A stretch of DNA of 60,779 bases. It comes from Candidatus Poseidoniaceae archaeon (GTDB lineage: Archaea > Thermoplasmatota > Poseidoniia > Poseidoniales > Poseidoniaceae). The stretch's first letter is position 1. Each line of letters starts with the position of its first letter. The stretch lies in assembly GCA_029250345.1 (NCBI GenBank), contig JAQXFL010000016.1, positions 1 through 60,779 on the forward strand, given 5' to 3'. The position numbers and the translations under genes were made by a program. The notes beneath the pieces were generated by a model, which had not been told where the DNA came from, did no database searches, and saw nothing but the letters and a program-made list of their open reading frames with translations. This document shows, in pieces, positions 38,499-48,033 of the stretch.

Positions 38499-38591
38499 GT
38501 TCCCCACATGTCGACGTAGCGGCTCTTGTTTGTCAAGATGACGCAAGATGTGAGGCAAGAGAATCAAAAACCCTCACCTCAACGACCGTCC

Positions 38592-39629
38592 ATGGCTCGG
38601 GTGCTGGTTACTGGATTCGAACCGTTTGGTGACAATCCAAGAAATATTTCGATGGAAGTTTTGTCCCAACTCCCAACATTTTTGCATTTCATAGACCCGT
38701 GGAAGAGTTTGAGGGCCACTGAAATCGAACCAATACATGCCAGGATTGAGACAATGATTCTCCCTGTCGACGAACTCGGTGCGAACACTGTTTCGAATCT
38801 TCTTACTTCTGGAGAGGTTTGGGACGTTATCGTTCATCTCGGTCTGTGCGAGTCGTGCGAAGTTCCGAGGGTCGAGATTCGAGCACAAAACAAGATGAGT
38901 ATGCGAATTACCGACAACTCTGGTCGCCAAATTATGGAAGGATGTTTGTCGCAGGACGGGGATATGTATGCCTCGGTGCCCGTTCAAACATGGGTGGATC
39001 AAGGCCTTGACACCGATTGGGAACTCTCAGTTGATGCAGGCACATTCGTATGCAATGAGACATTCTACAGGACACTCCATACCCTTGCAAACCACGATGT
39101 TGCAGATGCTCCGTGTCTCTTTGTTCACCTACCGGACTTCGAAAGATGTACACTGGTTCAAGCCTCAAGTCTCATTCTTGAAGTCATTCAGAACATGTTG
39201 TTTCGACCGGTTCTCTCGGTCGTAGGTGGCCTGATGACTCGCGATGAAACATACCTCATAGCGCGTCGTGCTCAGCATGAGAAGCATCCCGGTAAGTGGG
39301 AGTTTCCAGGTGGGAAAGTCGAATTTGGTGAATCATTACAGCAAGCCATTGTTCGAGAATTTAACGAAGAACTCGGTTGGAATGTTCGCCCCGGTTCATC
39401 AATTGGCATCTGGCATCATTCATTGGCAAAGTTCGATATCGCTTTGAACATCCTGCCAGTTGAGTTTACAGGTGCGAACCCCGATGAAGACGACAGAAGC
39501 AGTTGGACTGCACATGATGCGCTGGTTTGGAGATCGCTCGACGATGATTCAGCACTTGATTGGCTCGGGAGTGATGAGCAAGTTGTTCACTGGATGAGAG
39601 AAACTGGATATCTATCTAAACCCAAGTGA
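38592..39629 (+). CDS. pcp: Pyroglutamyl-peptidase I (C15) fused to a C-terminal Nudix (MutT-like) hydrolase
   Basis: VLVTGFEPF, E..A.N (Glu), DAGTFVCNE (Cys) and FVHLP (His), then WEFPGGKVEFGESLQQAIVREFNEELG (Nudix box) in the same frame. Confidence 0.85.
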   Translation: MARVLVTGFEPFGDNPRNISMEVLSQLPTFLHFIDPWKSLRATEIEPIHARIETMILPVDELGANTVSNLLTSGEVWDVIVHLGLCESCEVPRVEIRAQNKMSMRITDNSGRQIMEGCLSQDGDMYASVPVQTWVDQGLDTDWELSVDAGTFVCNETFYRTLHTLANHDVADAPCLFVHLPDFERCTLVQASSLILEVIQNMLFRPVLSVVGGLMTRDETYLIARRAQHEKHPGKWEFPGGKVEFGESLQQAIVREFNEELGWNVRPGSSIGIWHHSLAKFDIALNILPVEFTGANPDEDDRSSWTAHDALVWRSLDDDSALDWLGSDEQVVHWMRETGYLSKPK

Positions 39630-40131
39630 CAGCTTCCCCATCGGCTCCCATTGCATTTTCATCCTTGATGCCTCGTGGGACAGCATCACGTCCTTTATGC
39701 CATGTTGCTGCCTCAAGCCAATCACCCAGATTTTCACCTTCAAGGTGTACTGTAATAACTCCTCCAAGCGGATGTTCACCCGGCAGGGGAAAGGCTACTT
39801 TTCCAACTACGGCTGCTTGTCGCAGTAAAGCAAAGTGTGTTTTGGAGCCATCGAATGAAGCGGTCATGGAATCCAAGGCAGTGTCAAGAATTCGTTGCTC
39901 GTGTAAAAGTTTGAGAAACGCACCAAGTGACACTCCTTCTGCACGCCATACAGTGTCGCTGGCCTGTCCAAGTTTGGGTTCTTGCGGGTGTGTTGGGACT
40001 GGGAACTCAGGGAATATTGCGAGGAGTGATTCTTCGACACGCTGTGGAACATCAGCGCCTTGCAAAACCGTTTCAATGCGAATCTGCAAGTTTTCATTCA
40101 CGCCGTTCAGACGCAACAGTGGTTCTTGCAT
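39616..40131 (-). CDS. UPF0201/DUF54-family putative RNA-binding protein
   Basis: IRIETV...V.ESLLAIFP, L..FLKLLHEQRILDTA, F.LLRQAAVVGKVAF and PLGG.I match this archaeal family as I recall it. Start at ATG 40131 or GTG 40101. Confidence 0.7.
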   Translation of the reverse strand: MQEPLLRLNGVNENLQIRIETVLQGADVPQRVEESLLAIFPEFPVPTHPQEPKLGQASDTVWRAEGVSLGAFLKLLHEQRILDTALDSMTASFDGSKTHFALLRQAAVVGKVAFPLPGEHPLGGVITVHLEGENLGDWLEAATWHKGRDAVPRGIKDENAMGADGEAVTWV

Positions 40132-40220
40132 GGACCTGCCAACAGCCTCCTGCACATGAACATGCCTTTCAACTGCATTTTCAGGGAACAGGTGAAAGAG
40201 GTGGGCACATACGGGAGGGT

Positions 40221-41252
40221 ATGAGTGATTCAGGGCCGATGGTGGCAACCGTTGTACCTGTTCTGAACGAAGCGACTTACATCGAAGCATGTTTGAAATC
40301 GCTGATCGGACAAAGTCTGTCTCCCGAACAGCATATGGTCCTCGTTTTTGATGGAGGTTCGACTGATTCAACTCGAAACATAGTCGAGAGAATGATCGTG
40401 TTGAGTAAAGAAACAGGTGGGCCTCGTATCGAATTGCACGACAACCCTGGAAGGTTTGTATCTCAAGCCCGAAACCTCGCTCTTGAGCTTCTACCGACCT
40501 CAGTTCAGTTCACCGTTGAGATGATTGGCCACTCGACGGTCGACCCAGACCATCTTGAAGTTCGACTTAGCGAATGGAAATTGATTCAAGAGGAACATTC
40601 GAATCCACTTGGTGCTGTCGGCGTTAAGGTCTTGCCTCGACAAGGTGAGCACGGTCGGGTTGAGTCGTGGATTGAAGGTTGCCTAAGATCACCGTTGGGA
40701 AGTGGTAACGGTCAATTTGACGGCTTCAGTGAGCGAGGTCTTACTCAGGTTCCAGCCTTTGCCATGCATTCACGTGAAGCAGTCGAGTCCATTCATGGTT
40801 GGGATGTCGATTTCATTACCAGTCAGGACAGCGACCTTTCAATGCGCCTTCTCAACGCAGGCTTTGTCCTTGCGCGTACACCTTCGACGCATGTTCGTAT
40901 GGTAAAGCGTTCCACTTTAGGGAAGTGGTGGAAGATGGGGCATCGGTATGGTTTTTGGCGTATGAAAATTCTTAGAAAGTATCCAAAACGAACCAGCCTG
41001 AGAGAGTTTTTACCATGGTTTGGGGCATTGAGCACGGTCACACTTCTCGCCCTACAATCCCCCTATGCAGGTGTATTGCCCGCATGTTACCTTGTGGTTT
41101 TATCACTTGAGGGGCTTCGAGGTGCACTGATGTCGAAACGGTTTTCGTTGGTTCTCGGTATTCCTGTTTGTCTCTTTATGCTTCATTCCAGTTTTTCAAT
41201 CGGTCTTCTGGATGGGTTGGTTCGAAAAGGGCGTGCCCCGAAGGATCGTTGA
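40221..41252 (+). CDS. Glycosyltransferase family 2 (ExoA-like) with C-terminal TM helices
   Basis: VVPVLNE..YIEACL.SL..Q, VFDGGSTDST, NPGRFVSQARN, GWD....QDSDL..RL..AG, and RYGFWR. Start at ATG 40221 after GGAGG. Confidence 0.88.
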   Translation: MSDSGPMVATVVPVLNEATYIEACLKSLIGQSLSPEQHMVLVFDGGSTDSTRNIVERMIVLSKETGGPRIELHDNPGRFVSQARNLALELLPTSVQFTVEMIGHSTVDPDHLEVRLSEWKLIQEEHSNPLGAVGVKVLPRQGEHGRVESWIEGCLRSPLGSGNGQFDGFSERGLTQVPAFAMHSREAVESIHGWDVDFITSQDSDLSMRLLNAGFVLARTPSTHVRMVKRSTLGKWWKMGHRYGFWRMKILRKYPKRTSLREFLPWFGALSTVTLLALQSPYAGVLPACYLVVLSLEGLRGALMSKRFSLVLGIPVCLFMLHSSFSIGLLDGLVRKGRAPKDR

Positions 41253-41301
41253 TGCCTTCAAGCAACTTATGCCAACATACTTGAGTGTAGTATGAAAGCG
41301 C

Positions 41302-42297
41302 ATGGTGTTCACCATGGCGAAGGAGCGTTCAGTCACAGCCCGTGGTGTGGCGATATTGCCGCTCTTGTTGATGGGTGCCGTTCACCTGTCAGTCACGCCT
41401 CTTCGCCAAATTTTTGAGATTGAGCCACTTTTCATGTACGCATGGTACGGTATTGCCGTGGCCCTCGGTTTCGTCTTGTTTCGGAAAACACGTACAGTAC
41501 GGGATTTCGAGTACCACCGGTCTCAGACGATGAAGTCCATGAAAAAGGTGTATCAGGCCGAAGAAGCAGGAGTTTGGCAAACCAATGTTCAACTTGATGC
41601 CAATTTAAGCCCCGAGGGAAAGCTAGCCTTACAGAGACAAGTTGCCAGTATTGACAAGGAATCTCCAGAACTGGAATTGCATGAAGATGATAAAGTCGAA
41701 GTTGACCTCTTGTTGGAATCAAAACAAGTTCGTACAGCCAACCGCAGAGTTTCCGGTGACGAAATGTTTGGTGATGAGCAGGTCCACTCGACAATCGGAG
41801 CCAAGCGCAAAGCTTCGCCAATGGATTCTTTCCTGGATTTTGTTGGCGCACTTTTTGGTCGTGGCAATGCGGATGAGCAGCGTGAAGAACGCCGACAGGC
41901 AGCACTTCGTGCGGCCTCAACCGCTGCACCGGTGACCGCTCAACGGCCAGTTGCTCCGATGCGTAGCACTTCAAGCAGAGATGATTCAGAATTGAAAATG
42001 ACATCGATGAGTGATGATGGGGGTGTTGATTCGGTCATGACTGAATCGGGAACGAGTCTTTCCGAAGCCCAAGAGATGGCTGCACCAGTCGATACGACCT
42101 ATGCATGGGATTCAGCACCTGCTCCATCCAATCACGGAAGCATCGAGGACATGGCTATGATGGGTACTGCTCAGTTTACAACCGCTCCTGTTACCAGTGC
42201 CCCAGCACCGCTACCAGCAGGAAACCGCTGCAGAGGGTGCAGTGCGATCATTCCGCCCGGAGAACCGTTCTGCCTTCATTGTGGTCTCGATGCCTGA
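41302..42297 (+). CDS. Membrane protein (2 N-terminal TM) with low-complexity tail and C-terminal zinc ribbon
   Basis: Two hydrophobic segments; terminal CRGC...FCLHCG. Confidence 0.7.
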   Translation: MVFTMAKERSVTARGVAILPLLLMGAVHLSVTPLRQIFEIEPLFMYAWYGIAVALGFVLFRKTRTVRDFEYHRSQTMKSMKKVYQAEEAGVWQTNVQLDANLSPEGKLALQRQVASIDKESPELELHEDDKVEVDLLLESKQVRTANRRVSGDEMFGDEQVHSTIGAKRKASPMDSFLDFVGALFGRGNADEQREERRQAALRAASTAAPVTAQRPVAPMRSTSSRDDSELKMTSMSDDGGVDSVMTESGTSLSEAQEMAAPVDTTYAWDSAPAPSNHGSIEDMAMMGTAQFTTAPVTSAPAPLPAGNRCRGCSAIIPPGEPFCLHCGLDA

Positions 42298-42363
42298 GCC
42301 GATGGATTTTGTCCGTGATGTTGAAAGAGGACTTCACTACCCCTAGGCTTGTTCGGTGAGCAT

Positions 42364-43491
42364 ATGTCTGAGAAACGTGACTACTACGAGGTTCTCGGTG
42401 TGGATAAACAAGCCACATCTGCGGAACTCAAGAATGCCTTCCGTAGCCTTGCTCGCAAGTACCATCCCGACCGAAGTCAAGAAGAGAATGCAGAGGACAT
42501 GTTCAAAGAAATCCAAGAAGCATATGCAGTTCTTTCCGATGACCAGAAGCGTGCTCAGTACGACCGTTTCGGGCACAACGGCCCAGGAGGTTCACCGTTC
42601 GGTGGATTTGGTGGCGGTGGATTCAATATCAATCTCGATGACATTCTTGGAGGTGACTTCTTTTCCAACATCTTTGGTGGCGGCGGTGGAGGCTCTCGTC
42701 GTTCTCGTCGTAGAGGTTCTGACATTCGGATGATTCACACCGTTGATATGTTCAAAATCTACGAAGGTAGCACGGAAGAAGTAGAAGTTGACCTCCCTGT
42801 CGCCTGTACTCACTGTGATGGTACGGGTGCAAAGGAAGGTAAGACTTCCGAATGCAGTGATTGCAGTGGTCAAGGGCGTGTCCGAATGCGGCAACAAGTT
42901 GGCCCCTTTGTTCAAGATGTTGTTCGAGAATGTCCAACTTGCGGTGGCACAGGCAGTTCGGCTGATGAATCATGTTCTCCGTGCAGGGGCAACGGTAAGG
43001 AAATCAAATCTTCCACGCTTCGATTCAATATCCCTGCTGGCGCAGAAGCTGGCACACGCCTGCGCATGCGTGGTAAAGGGGAGCCAGCCCCTCAAGGGAG
43101 AGGCGAAGACGGTGACTTGTTTATTGAAATCGACATTGAACCTCACCCATGGTTTGAACGCTCCAACGCAGACCTCATCATGTCGTTGCCGCTCGGTTAT
43201 TCAGACTTGGTGCTCGGAACAACCGTGACCGTTCAACACGTTGACGGAAAGGACTTGAACATTAAGGTCCCAGCCTATTCCAATTCTGGAGATACCCTCG
43301 AAATTCGAAAACGAGGCCTACCTCGGAGCAGAGGCAGCGGGCGTGGTGATGTTGTTGTTCTTCTGAAATTACACATGCCTAAGAAAGTAGACAAGAAGTC
43401 GAAGAAGGCTCTTCAGGAATTGAAGTCAGCCCTTGCACCAAAGGATATTTTGGAGCGAATCAAGGACGATGCCAAGGATCGACGAAACTGA
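42364..43491 (+). CDS. dnaJ: Chaperone DnaJ (class A)
   Basis: RDYYEVLGV, KYHPD, a G/F-rich region, four CxxCxGxG motifs and a C-terminal domain. GGTGA SD before ATG 42364. Confidence 0.97.
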   Translation: MSEKRDYYEVLGVDKQATSAELKNAFRSLARKYHPDRSQEENAEDMFKEIQEAYAVLSDDQKRAQYDRFGHNGPGGSPFGGFGGGGFNINLDDILGGDFFSNIFGGGGGGSRRSRRRGSDIRMIHTVDMFKIYEGSTEEVEVDLPVACTHCDGTGAKEGKTSECSDCSGQGRVRMRQQVGPFVQDVVRECPTCGGTGSSADESCSPCRGNGKEIKSSTLRFNIPAGAEAGTRLRMRGKGEPAPQGRGEDGDLFIEIDIEPHPWFERSNADLIMSLPLGYSDLVLGTTVTVQHVDGKDLNIKVPAYSNSGDTLEIRKRGLPRSRGSGRGDVVVLLKLHMPKKVDKKSKKALQELKSALAPKDILERIKDDAKDRRN

Positions 43492-43519
43492 TTCAGCAAT
43501 CATTTCGGCCTCTGAAACC

Positions 43520-43536
43520 ATGTCAAAGGTTGACAT
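43520..43536. promoter_or_regulatory. Palindrome ATGTCAA-AGG-TTGACAT; candidate operator or dnaJ terminator hairpin
   Basis: Perfect 7-bp arms in the dnaJ / small-gene intergenic region. Confidence 0.35.
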
Positions 43537-43582
43537 AAATATCGTATAAGTCTTCATAACCTCCAGACCTTTGGACAACAGC

Positions 43583-43885
43583 ATGTCCGAGAAGCGTGTA
43601 CTGCGCAAGATGAAGAAACTCGCTTCTCGAATCCATGACAAGATGGAAGCAGTTCGGGATGTCATGGAAGATTTGGAAATCGAGTTCGAGATGCTCCAAA
43701 ACCAGATTACGAAACTTGAATCAAAGAAGGGTTTGACCCGTGACGAAAAAATCATTGAGAAAAAGTCAACTCCACGTGCGGTAAACGATTCCTCAGACGA
43801 ATCTGATTCTGATGAAGAAGAAGATGACGATGACATTCTCGACTTGGAAAACACTTCCGTAGTTACCGTTCGTCCAAAGTTCTGA
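43583..43885 (+). CDS. Small coiled-coil protein with acidic tail
   Basis: Heptad-like MEAVRDVMEDLEIEFEMLQNQITKLE and a DESDSDEEEDDDD tract. TATA-position motif 30 nt upstream. Confidence 0.65.
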   Translation: MSEKRVLRKMKKLASRIHDKMEAVRDVMEDLEIEFEMLQNQITKLESKKGLTRDEKIIEKKSTPRAVNDSSDESDSDEEEDDDDILDLENTSVVTVRPKF

Positions 43886-43897
43886 ACAAAACTACTA

Positions 43898-43924
43898 CTC
43901 AGCGAAATATTGGCTTTCGATGAG
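43898..43924. terminator. Imperfect hairpin between convergent genes
   Basis: CTCA-G-CGAAA...TTTCG-A-TGAG between the stops at 43885 and 43936. Confidence 0.25.
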
Positions 43925-43935
43925 AAATGATTTCA

Positions 43936-46173
43936 TCACTCTTCTTCAAGCGATTGAATCTGAAGCGTTGAAGGAATCCTTGCAGCGCTCGGTTCTCCAT
44001 TCATGCGCCCGTTAAGTTCGATATCAACTGCGGAGGCAGTTCCGCTGATTTCTGCCATGATGAAGGTGCGGTTACCGTTTGCCATTGTGTCAAGGAATAC
44101 TTCCTCTCCTCGGTTTAGGAATCTCGGTTCGACATTTTCAACATTCCACGCCTGACCAACTGGAGCATCAAATCGAAGTGCTGCCAAGTCCCATTTTCCT
44201 TCAACAATGTGTATTCCCACCATGAGTGGTATTGCCCCTTCTGACTTCGCAATCCTCTCGTCGAGTCTCCATACCGCCATTGCAACGCTGTCCGTGCGGT
44301 AGTCAAGGTCAGGTTTGCCCCATGTCGAGTTGGCTTCATCCCACGACAGTAATGTCACGGCTTGAAGAGCACGTGCAAGGTTTGCACGCGATTGCTTCGG
44401 TGTTGTTTTACCTGAGTCTAATTGTGATTTAAACCAAGCGAGTTGCTCAGATTTCATCGAGAATTCTCGGGCTGTCTTCAAAGTGCGGTATTGAACCAAG
44501 CCAAAGTACAGGACGGGTAAAAGGAACAAGGAACCAAGGAAGAAGCGAGCTCTAGTTCCCCACTTCTGAGCATTTTCGTCCGGCGGGAAATACGGTTCCT
44601 CTCCTTCATCAATCTCAGAGTAGGTTGACGACAAGAGGTACACCAACGCTGGCGCATCTTCGCCCCATGGATGTGGCGTGTTGTTGGTCGGATCAACAAG
44701 TGCGACACGCAGGAAATGTGTTCCAGGTCCCACCTCGAGCGACGCTTGGATTTTACCGTTTGAGTAGATGCTTCGGCGTGTATCGATGACGTCCCAAGAT
44801 TCTTGGTCAATGTTCCACACTTCCAATTCAAATTGTTCGATGTGCATGCTTTCAAGGGTGAATCGAATGAGGTGCACGGATTCAAACCACCCGTTTACTT
44901 CAACCCGATAGACATCCGCAGTGTCATGAACGGCAAGAGTCATTTCACCTTCAATCGGTCCTGATTCTAGATTCATTAATGGCCATGAGGCGTTGTCACT
45001 CTGAAGGGACAGAGGTCGCACTGATGGTGCTTCAAGTCCTGAGCCTAAGTCAGAGAAATCTTCGACCATTAAGTTGACATAATGCACCGGGGAGTGGAAA
45101 TGCACACGAACTGCACTGATGTTTGGATATGGATAAAAGGTGTATGCTGGGTCTGGAGTGATGTTCTTTTCTGCACCCAATATCCATGTTCCTCCAACGA
45201 GTTGATCCACCGTGATGGATGTGTTCGAAAACAACGGCTCGAAGGTGAATTTTTCTGTGTCATTCATGGCGAGCATTACTGCAGTCGAATGATGGCCAAC
45301 AATGTGCATGTTTTCAGAACTTTCAGTGAGTTGGAGTGATGAGTTGTGGGCATAACGAATCGTTTTGATTGCCCATGCCGTATGAGAAATACTTGCTTCA
45401 ATCTTCACCACAACTCGACCCGATTCTTCGAAGAACCAAAGGCCATTCTCGCCGTGCAGTGACGCTGCTATTCCTTGAGGTTGAATCAATTCGTGACCGT
45501 ACAACGTTTCAGTCGAATTCCATTGGAAGTAGACTGAAATCGTGAGGTCATTGGTAGCGTGCATTGCTTGGAGTTCAAGTGTGTCTCCAGCCTCTATATC
45601 GAACGCAATGTACTCCGAACCTGCTTGTTCATGGATACCCGTCGTGAAATCTGGGGACGAATATTCCCCGTTTGGTACACCGTCGAGGTGTCCTCTGGTG
45701 GGTTGAATGCATTCGTTCATGTTGGAGCAGTACTCAATTGTTTGCGATTCGACCGTTTCAGATGGAGCTGGGCGTACGGTTGGGAAGGATTCATCGATGG
45801 ATTCGATCAATGAATAGTACACATTTTCCTCAACAGGTGAATGGATGCTGAGAGTTACCGTGCCACTTACAGCGGCTTGAACAGTGAGGACGTCCGTGGT
45901 TTGGTACGCCGTTCCTGCGAGGTCGATATCTGCGGTGCATTGCTGGCATTCAAGGACAAGACTGGTCCACTGCCCTTCTTCAATGGTCCACTGACGCGAA
46001 TGGTTATCGACTCCGTTTGATAAATAGCCGATGATTCGTCCGTCTGCTTGGATGGAGTTTCCTGTTTCGTTTTCTGCTGCAACGAGGGGTGCGGGAGACA
46101 ATGAAAGGATGCAGAGTAGGCATGCCATGAACACACCAGTGCTCATCCGACGCAGTGACATGTTGCCGTCCAT
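43936..46173 (-). CDS. Secreted single-pass membrane protein with extracellular beta domains and ~180-aa cytoplasmic domain
   Basis: Signal peptide (VFMACLLCILSLSPAPLVAA); PPC-like DTADVYRVEV...GPGTHFLRV; TM FFLGSLFLLPVLYFGLV. Confidence 0.7.
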   Translation of the reverse strand: MDGNMSLRRMSTGVFMACLLCILSLSPAPLVAAENETGNSIQADGRIIGYLSNGVDNHSRQWTIEEGQWTSLVLECQQCTADIDLAGTAYQTTDVLTVQAAVSGTVTLSIHSPVEENVYYSLIESIDESFPTVRPAPSETVESQTIEYCSNMNECIQPTRGHLDGVPNGEYSSPDFTTGIHEQAGSEYIAFDIEAGDTLELQAMHATNDLTISVYFQWNSTETLYGHELIQPQGIAASLHGENGLWFFEESGRVVVKIEASISHTAWAIKTIRYAHNSSLQLTESSENMHIVGHHSTAVMLAMNDTEKFTFEPLFSNTSITVDQLVGGTWILGAEKNITPDPAYTFYPYPNISAVRVHFHSPVHYVNLMVEDFSDLGSGLEAPSVRPLSLQSDNASWPLMNLESGPIEGEMTLAVHDTADVYRVEVNGWFESVHLIRFTLESMHIEQFELEVWNIDQESWDVIDTRRSIYSNGKIQASLEVGPGTHFLRVALVDPTNNTPHPWGEDAPALVYLLSSTYSEIDEGEEPYFPPDENAQKWGTRARFFLGSLFLLPVLYFGLVQYRTLKTAREFSMKSEQLAWFKSQLDSGKTTPKQSRANLARALQAVTLLSWDEANSTWGKPDLDYRTDSVAMAVWRLDERIAKSEGAIPLMVGIHIVEGKWDLAALRFDAPVGQAWNVENVEPRFLNRGEEVFLDTMANGNRTFIMAEISGTASAVDIELNGRMNGEPSAARIPSTLQIQSLEEE

Positions 46174-46224
46174 ATATGTCCCTGTGAAGTATGCTCTTTG
46201 AACTTAGGCCCTTCTTCGTGTCCA

Positions 46225-48033
46225 ATGCTTGAAGAAGCAATGGCTTTTGGCCCAACCATGGAGGATGGTCTCGGTCGAACCGTTACAGCACGTTACCGCT
46301 TTGCTCGTCAGTGGGCCTTGGGCGACCGCAAGAGTCCACTGTCGTCGACTCCAGCCCTCGTTTTACTTGATGGCGATCCAGATGTGGCGGCTCACATTGC
46401 CCCATTTCGCTCTTCAACCGATGATGCGATTCCGGCGACACTTCACTTTGAATCACGATTGCCACTGTCTCCACCAGATTTTGCCATAAATTCTCCTTCA
46501 TGGAGTGTCTCAATCGGCCACGTTCTCCCCCCCTCACTCGATGAAGCTGATGCTGGTGAGGCAGCGGGTACTGCTCAAGTTTTGCCTGTTTCCTGGCAGA
46601 GGCTCAATCACGATGCAAGCCTCACAAATCCGGAGCTCAAGCCTGATGTCGTCGTGCTTGTTGATGCCGTTCAGCTTGCTGCACAGCCCGGCAGGCTGGT
46701 TGAGGCGATATCCATTCTCAAGCAACAATTCCCTGGTGCCCTTTTGTGGACTCCTGGATTGGGCGGGCCTGACAATTTGGCTGTGCTGGTTTGGTTCGGT
46801 GTTGATTTGTTTGACCTCTCTCGGTCTCGACAAGCCGCCGCTGCAGGAGTCTTACTGACCGAGCAAGGCCCAAGGCATCTTGTTGGCTCAATGGGCGAAT
46901 CTGCAGGTATGGATGAACAAATCTCGCATTGGAGCAATGCTATTGCATCGGTTCGTGGCGCACTAGCCTCCGACCAGATGAGGTCTCTTGCGGACCGCCA
47001 ATCACTCACCAGCCCAAGACTGGTTGAACATTTGCGCCGTCATGATCTCTTGTGCCAAAACATTCCTGGACTGCTCTCATCACATGTGGCTGCTGATTTC
47101 AAATTCCCATGCCATTCGGCTTCCGTTCAAACTGACCCATTGATTACAGACTGGGAATCTTACATGACCACGGAATACTCTGCTCCAGTTGGCTTGGACA
47201 CCATTTTGGTATTGCTACCGTGTTCCGCTCGAAAACCATATCGACTTTCCAAATCCCATGGTCGCTTCATACGTGCGATTGGAACCAGTGCATGCCACGA
47301 GGTGATGGTCACATCGCCTCTTGGACTTGTCCCACGTGATCTCGAAGAGGTTTGGCCTGCAGGACATTATGATGTTCCAGTTACTGGCGATTGGACCGGT
47401 GATGAACTTGCAAGAATCCAACGTATGTTCCGGGTCTTGGTAGACCGGCATGATTACAAGAGAATCATCAACCATTCCGGCATCCATTTTGAACACCCCT
47501 CTGTCGAGGTTGTCGAGACACGACAAGGCGATTCTGCAGGCTCACACGATGCATTAGAGCGTCTCTCCGAAGCAGTTCGTTCTGCCGTTGATACCTTTAG
47601 CGCCCGTGGGCGAAAGACTGAGAAGATTTTATTGGATAATTTTGCAAGTATTTCTCGCAAGCAAATGAACAACGATGCTTGGCTTGCTGACATGAAAGTT
47701 CGCGGAAAGCCTCCGCGCTACCGACTTGAGCGAGATAAGAACCAGATGGCTCTTTGGTCCATCGACCGAAGTGGCTTTTCTCTACCGAAAGCTGTCATTC
47801 CAACATTGGATGAACTCAACTCGTTACCAGCCGTTCACCTTCGTCCAGATGTCGCTTGGAAGGGCGACATCTTCGGAGTGCTCGTCGAATCATTTGACAA
47901 ATCAATACGTGCAGGCAGTGATGTTTTGGTCTACCAAAACGGTTCTGTGATCGGACTGGCTCGGGCCCATGCGCCTGCTTGGGAATGGCCAAACACTCCG
48001 GGACGCTTAGCCAAATCTCATCAAAGACTGTGA
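46225..48033 (+). CDS. arcS: Archaeosine synthase subunit (ArcS/TgtA2 family)
   Basis: LVWFGVDLFD, VLLPCSARKPY..SKSH..F, HEVMVTSPLGLVPRDLE..WPA.HYDVPVTG.W, and a C-terminal PUA-like domain. Confidence 0.88.
   Translation: MLEEAMAFGPTMEDGLGRTVTARYRFARQWALGDRKSPLSSTPALVLLDGDPDVAAHIAPFRSSTDDAIPATLHFESRLPLSPPDFAINSPSWSVSIGHVLPPSLDEADAGEAAGTAQVLPVSWQRLNHDASLTNPELKPDVVVLVDAVQLAAQPGRLVEAISILKQQFPGALLWTPGLGGPDNLAVLVWFGVDLFDLSRSRQAAAAGVLLTEQGPRHLVGSMGESAGMDEQISHWSNAIASVRGALASDQMRSLADRQSLTSPRLVEHLRRHDLLCQNIPGLLSSHVAADFKFPCHSASVQTDPLITDWESYMTTEYSAPVGLDTILVLLPCSARKPYRLSKSHGRFIRAIGTSACHEVMVTSPLGLVPRDLEEVWPAGHYDVPVTGDWTGDELARIQRMFRVLVDRHDYKRIINHSGIHFEHPSVEVVETRQGDSAGSHDALERLSEAVRSAVDTFSARGRKTEKILLDNFASISRKQMNNDAWLADMKVRGKPPRYRLERDKNQMALWSIDRSGFSLPKAVIPTLDELNSLPAVHLRPDVAWKGDIFGVLVESFDKSIRAGSDVLVYQNGSVIGLARAHAPAWEWPNTPGRLAKSHQRL

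Noticed and set aside
39927..40371. Apparent long overlap between the GT2 ORF and the DUF54 ORF
   Set aside because: This is an artefact of longest-ORF starts. The likely starts (40221 on +, 40131/40101 on -) are divergent and do not overlap.
42364..43491. dnaJ without adjacent dnaK/grpE
   Set aside because: Split Hsp70 operons are common, and the partners may lie outside the window.
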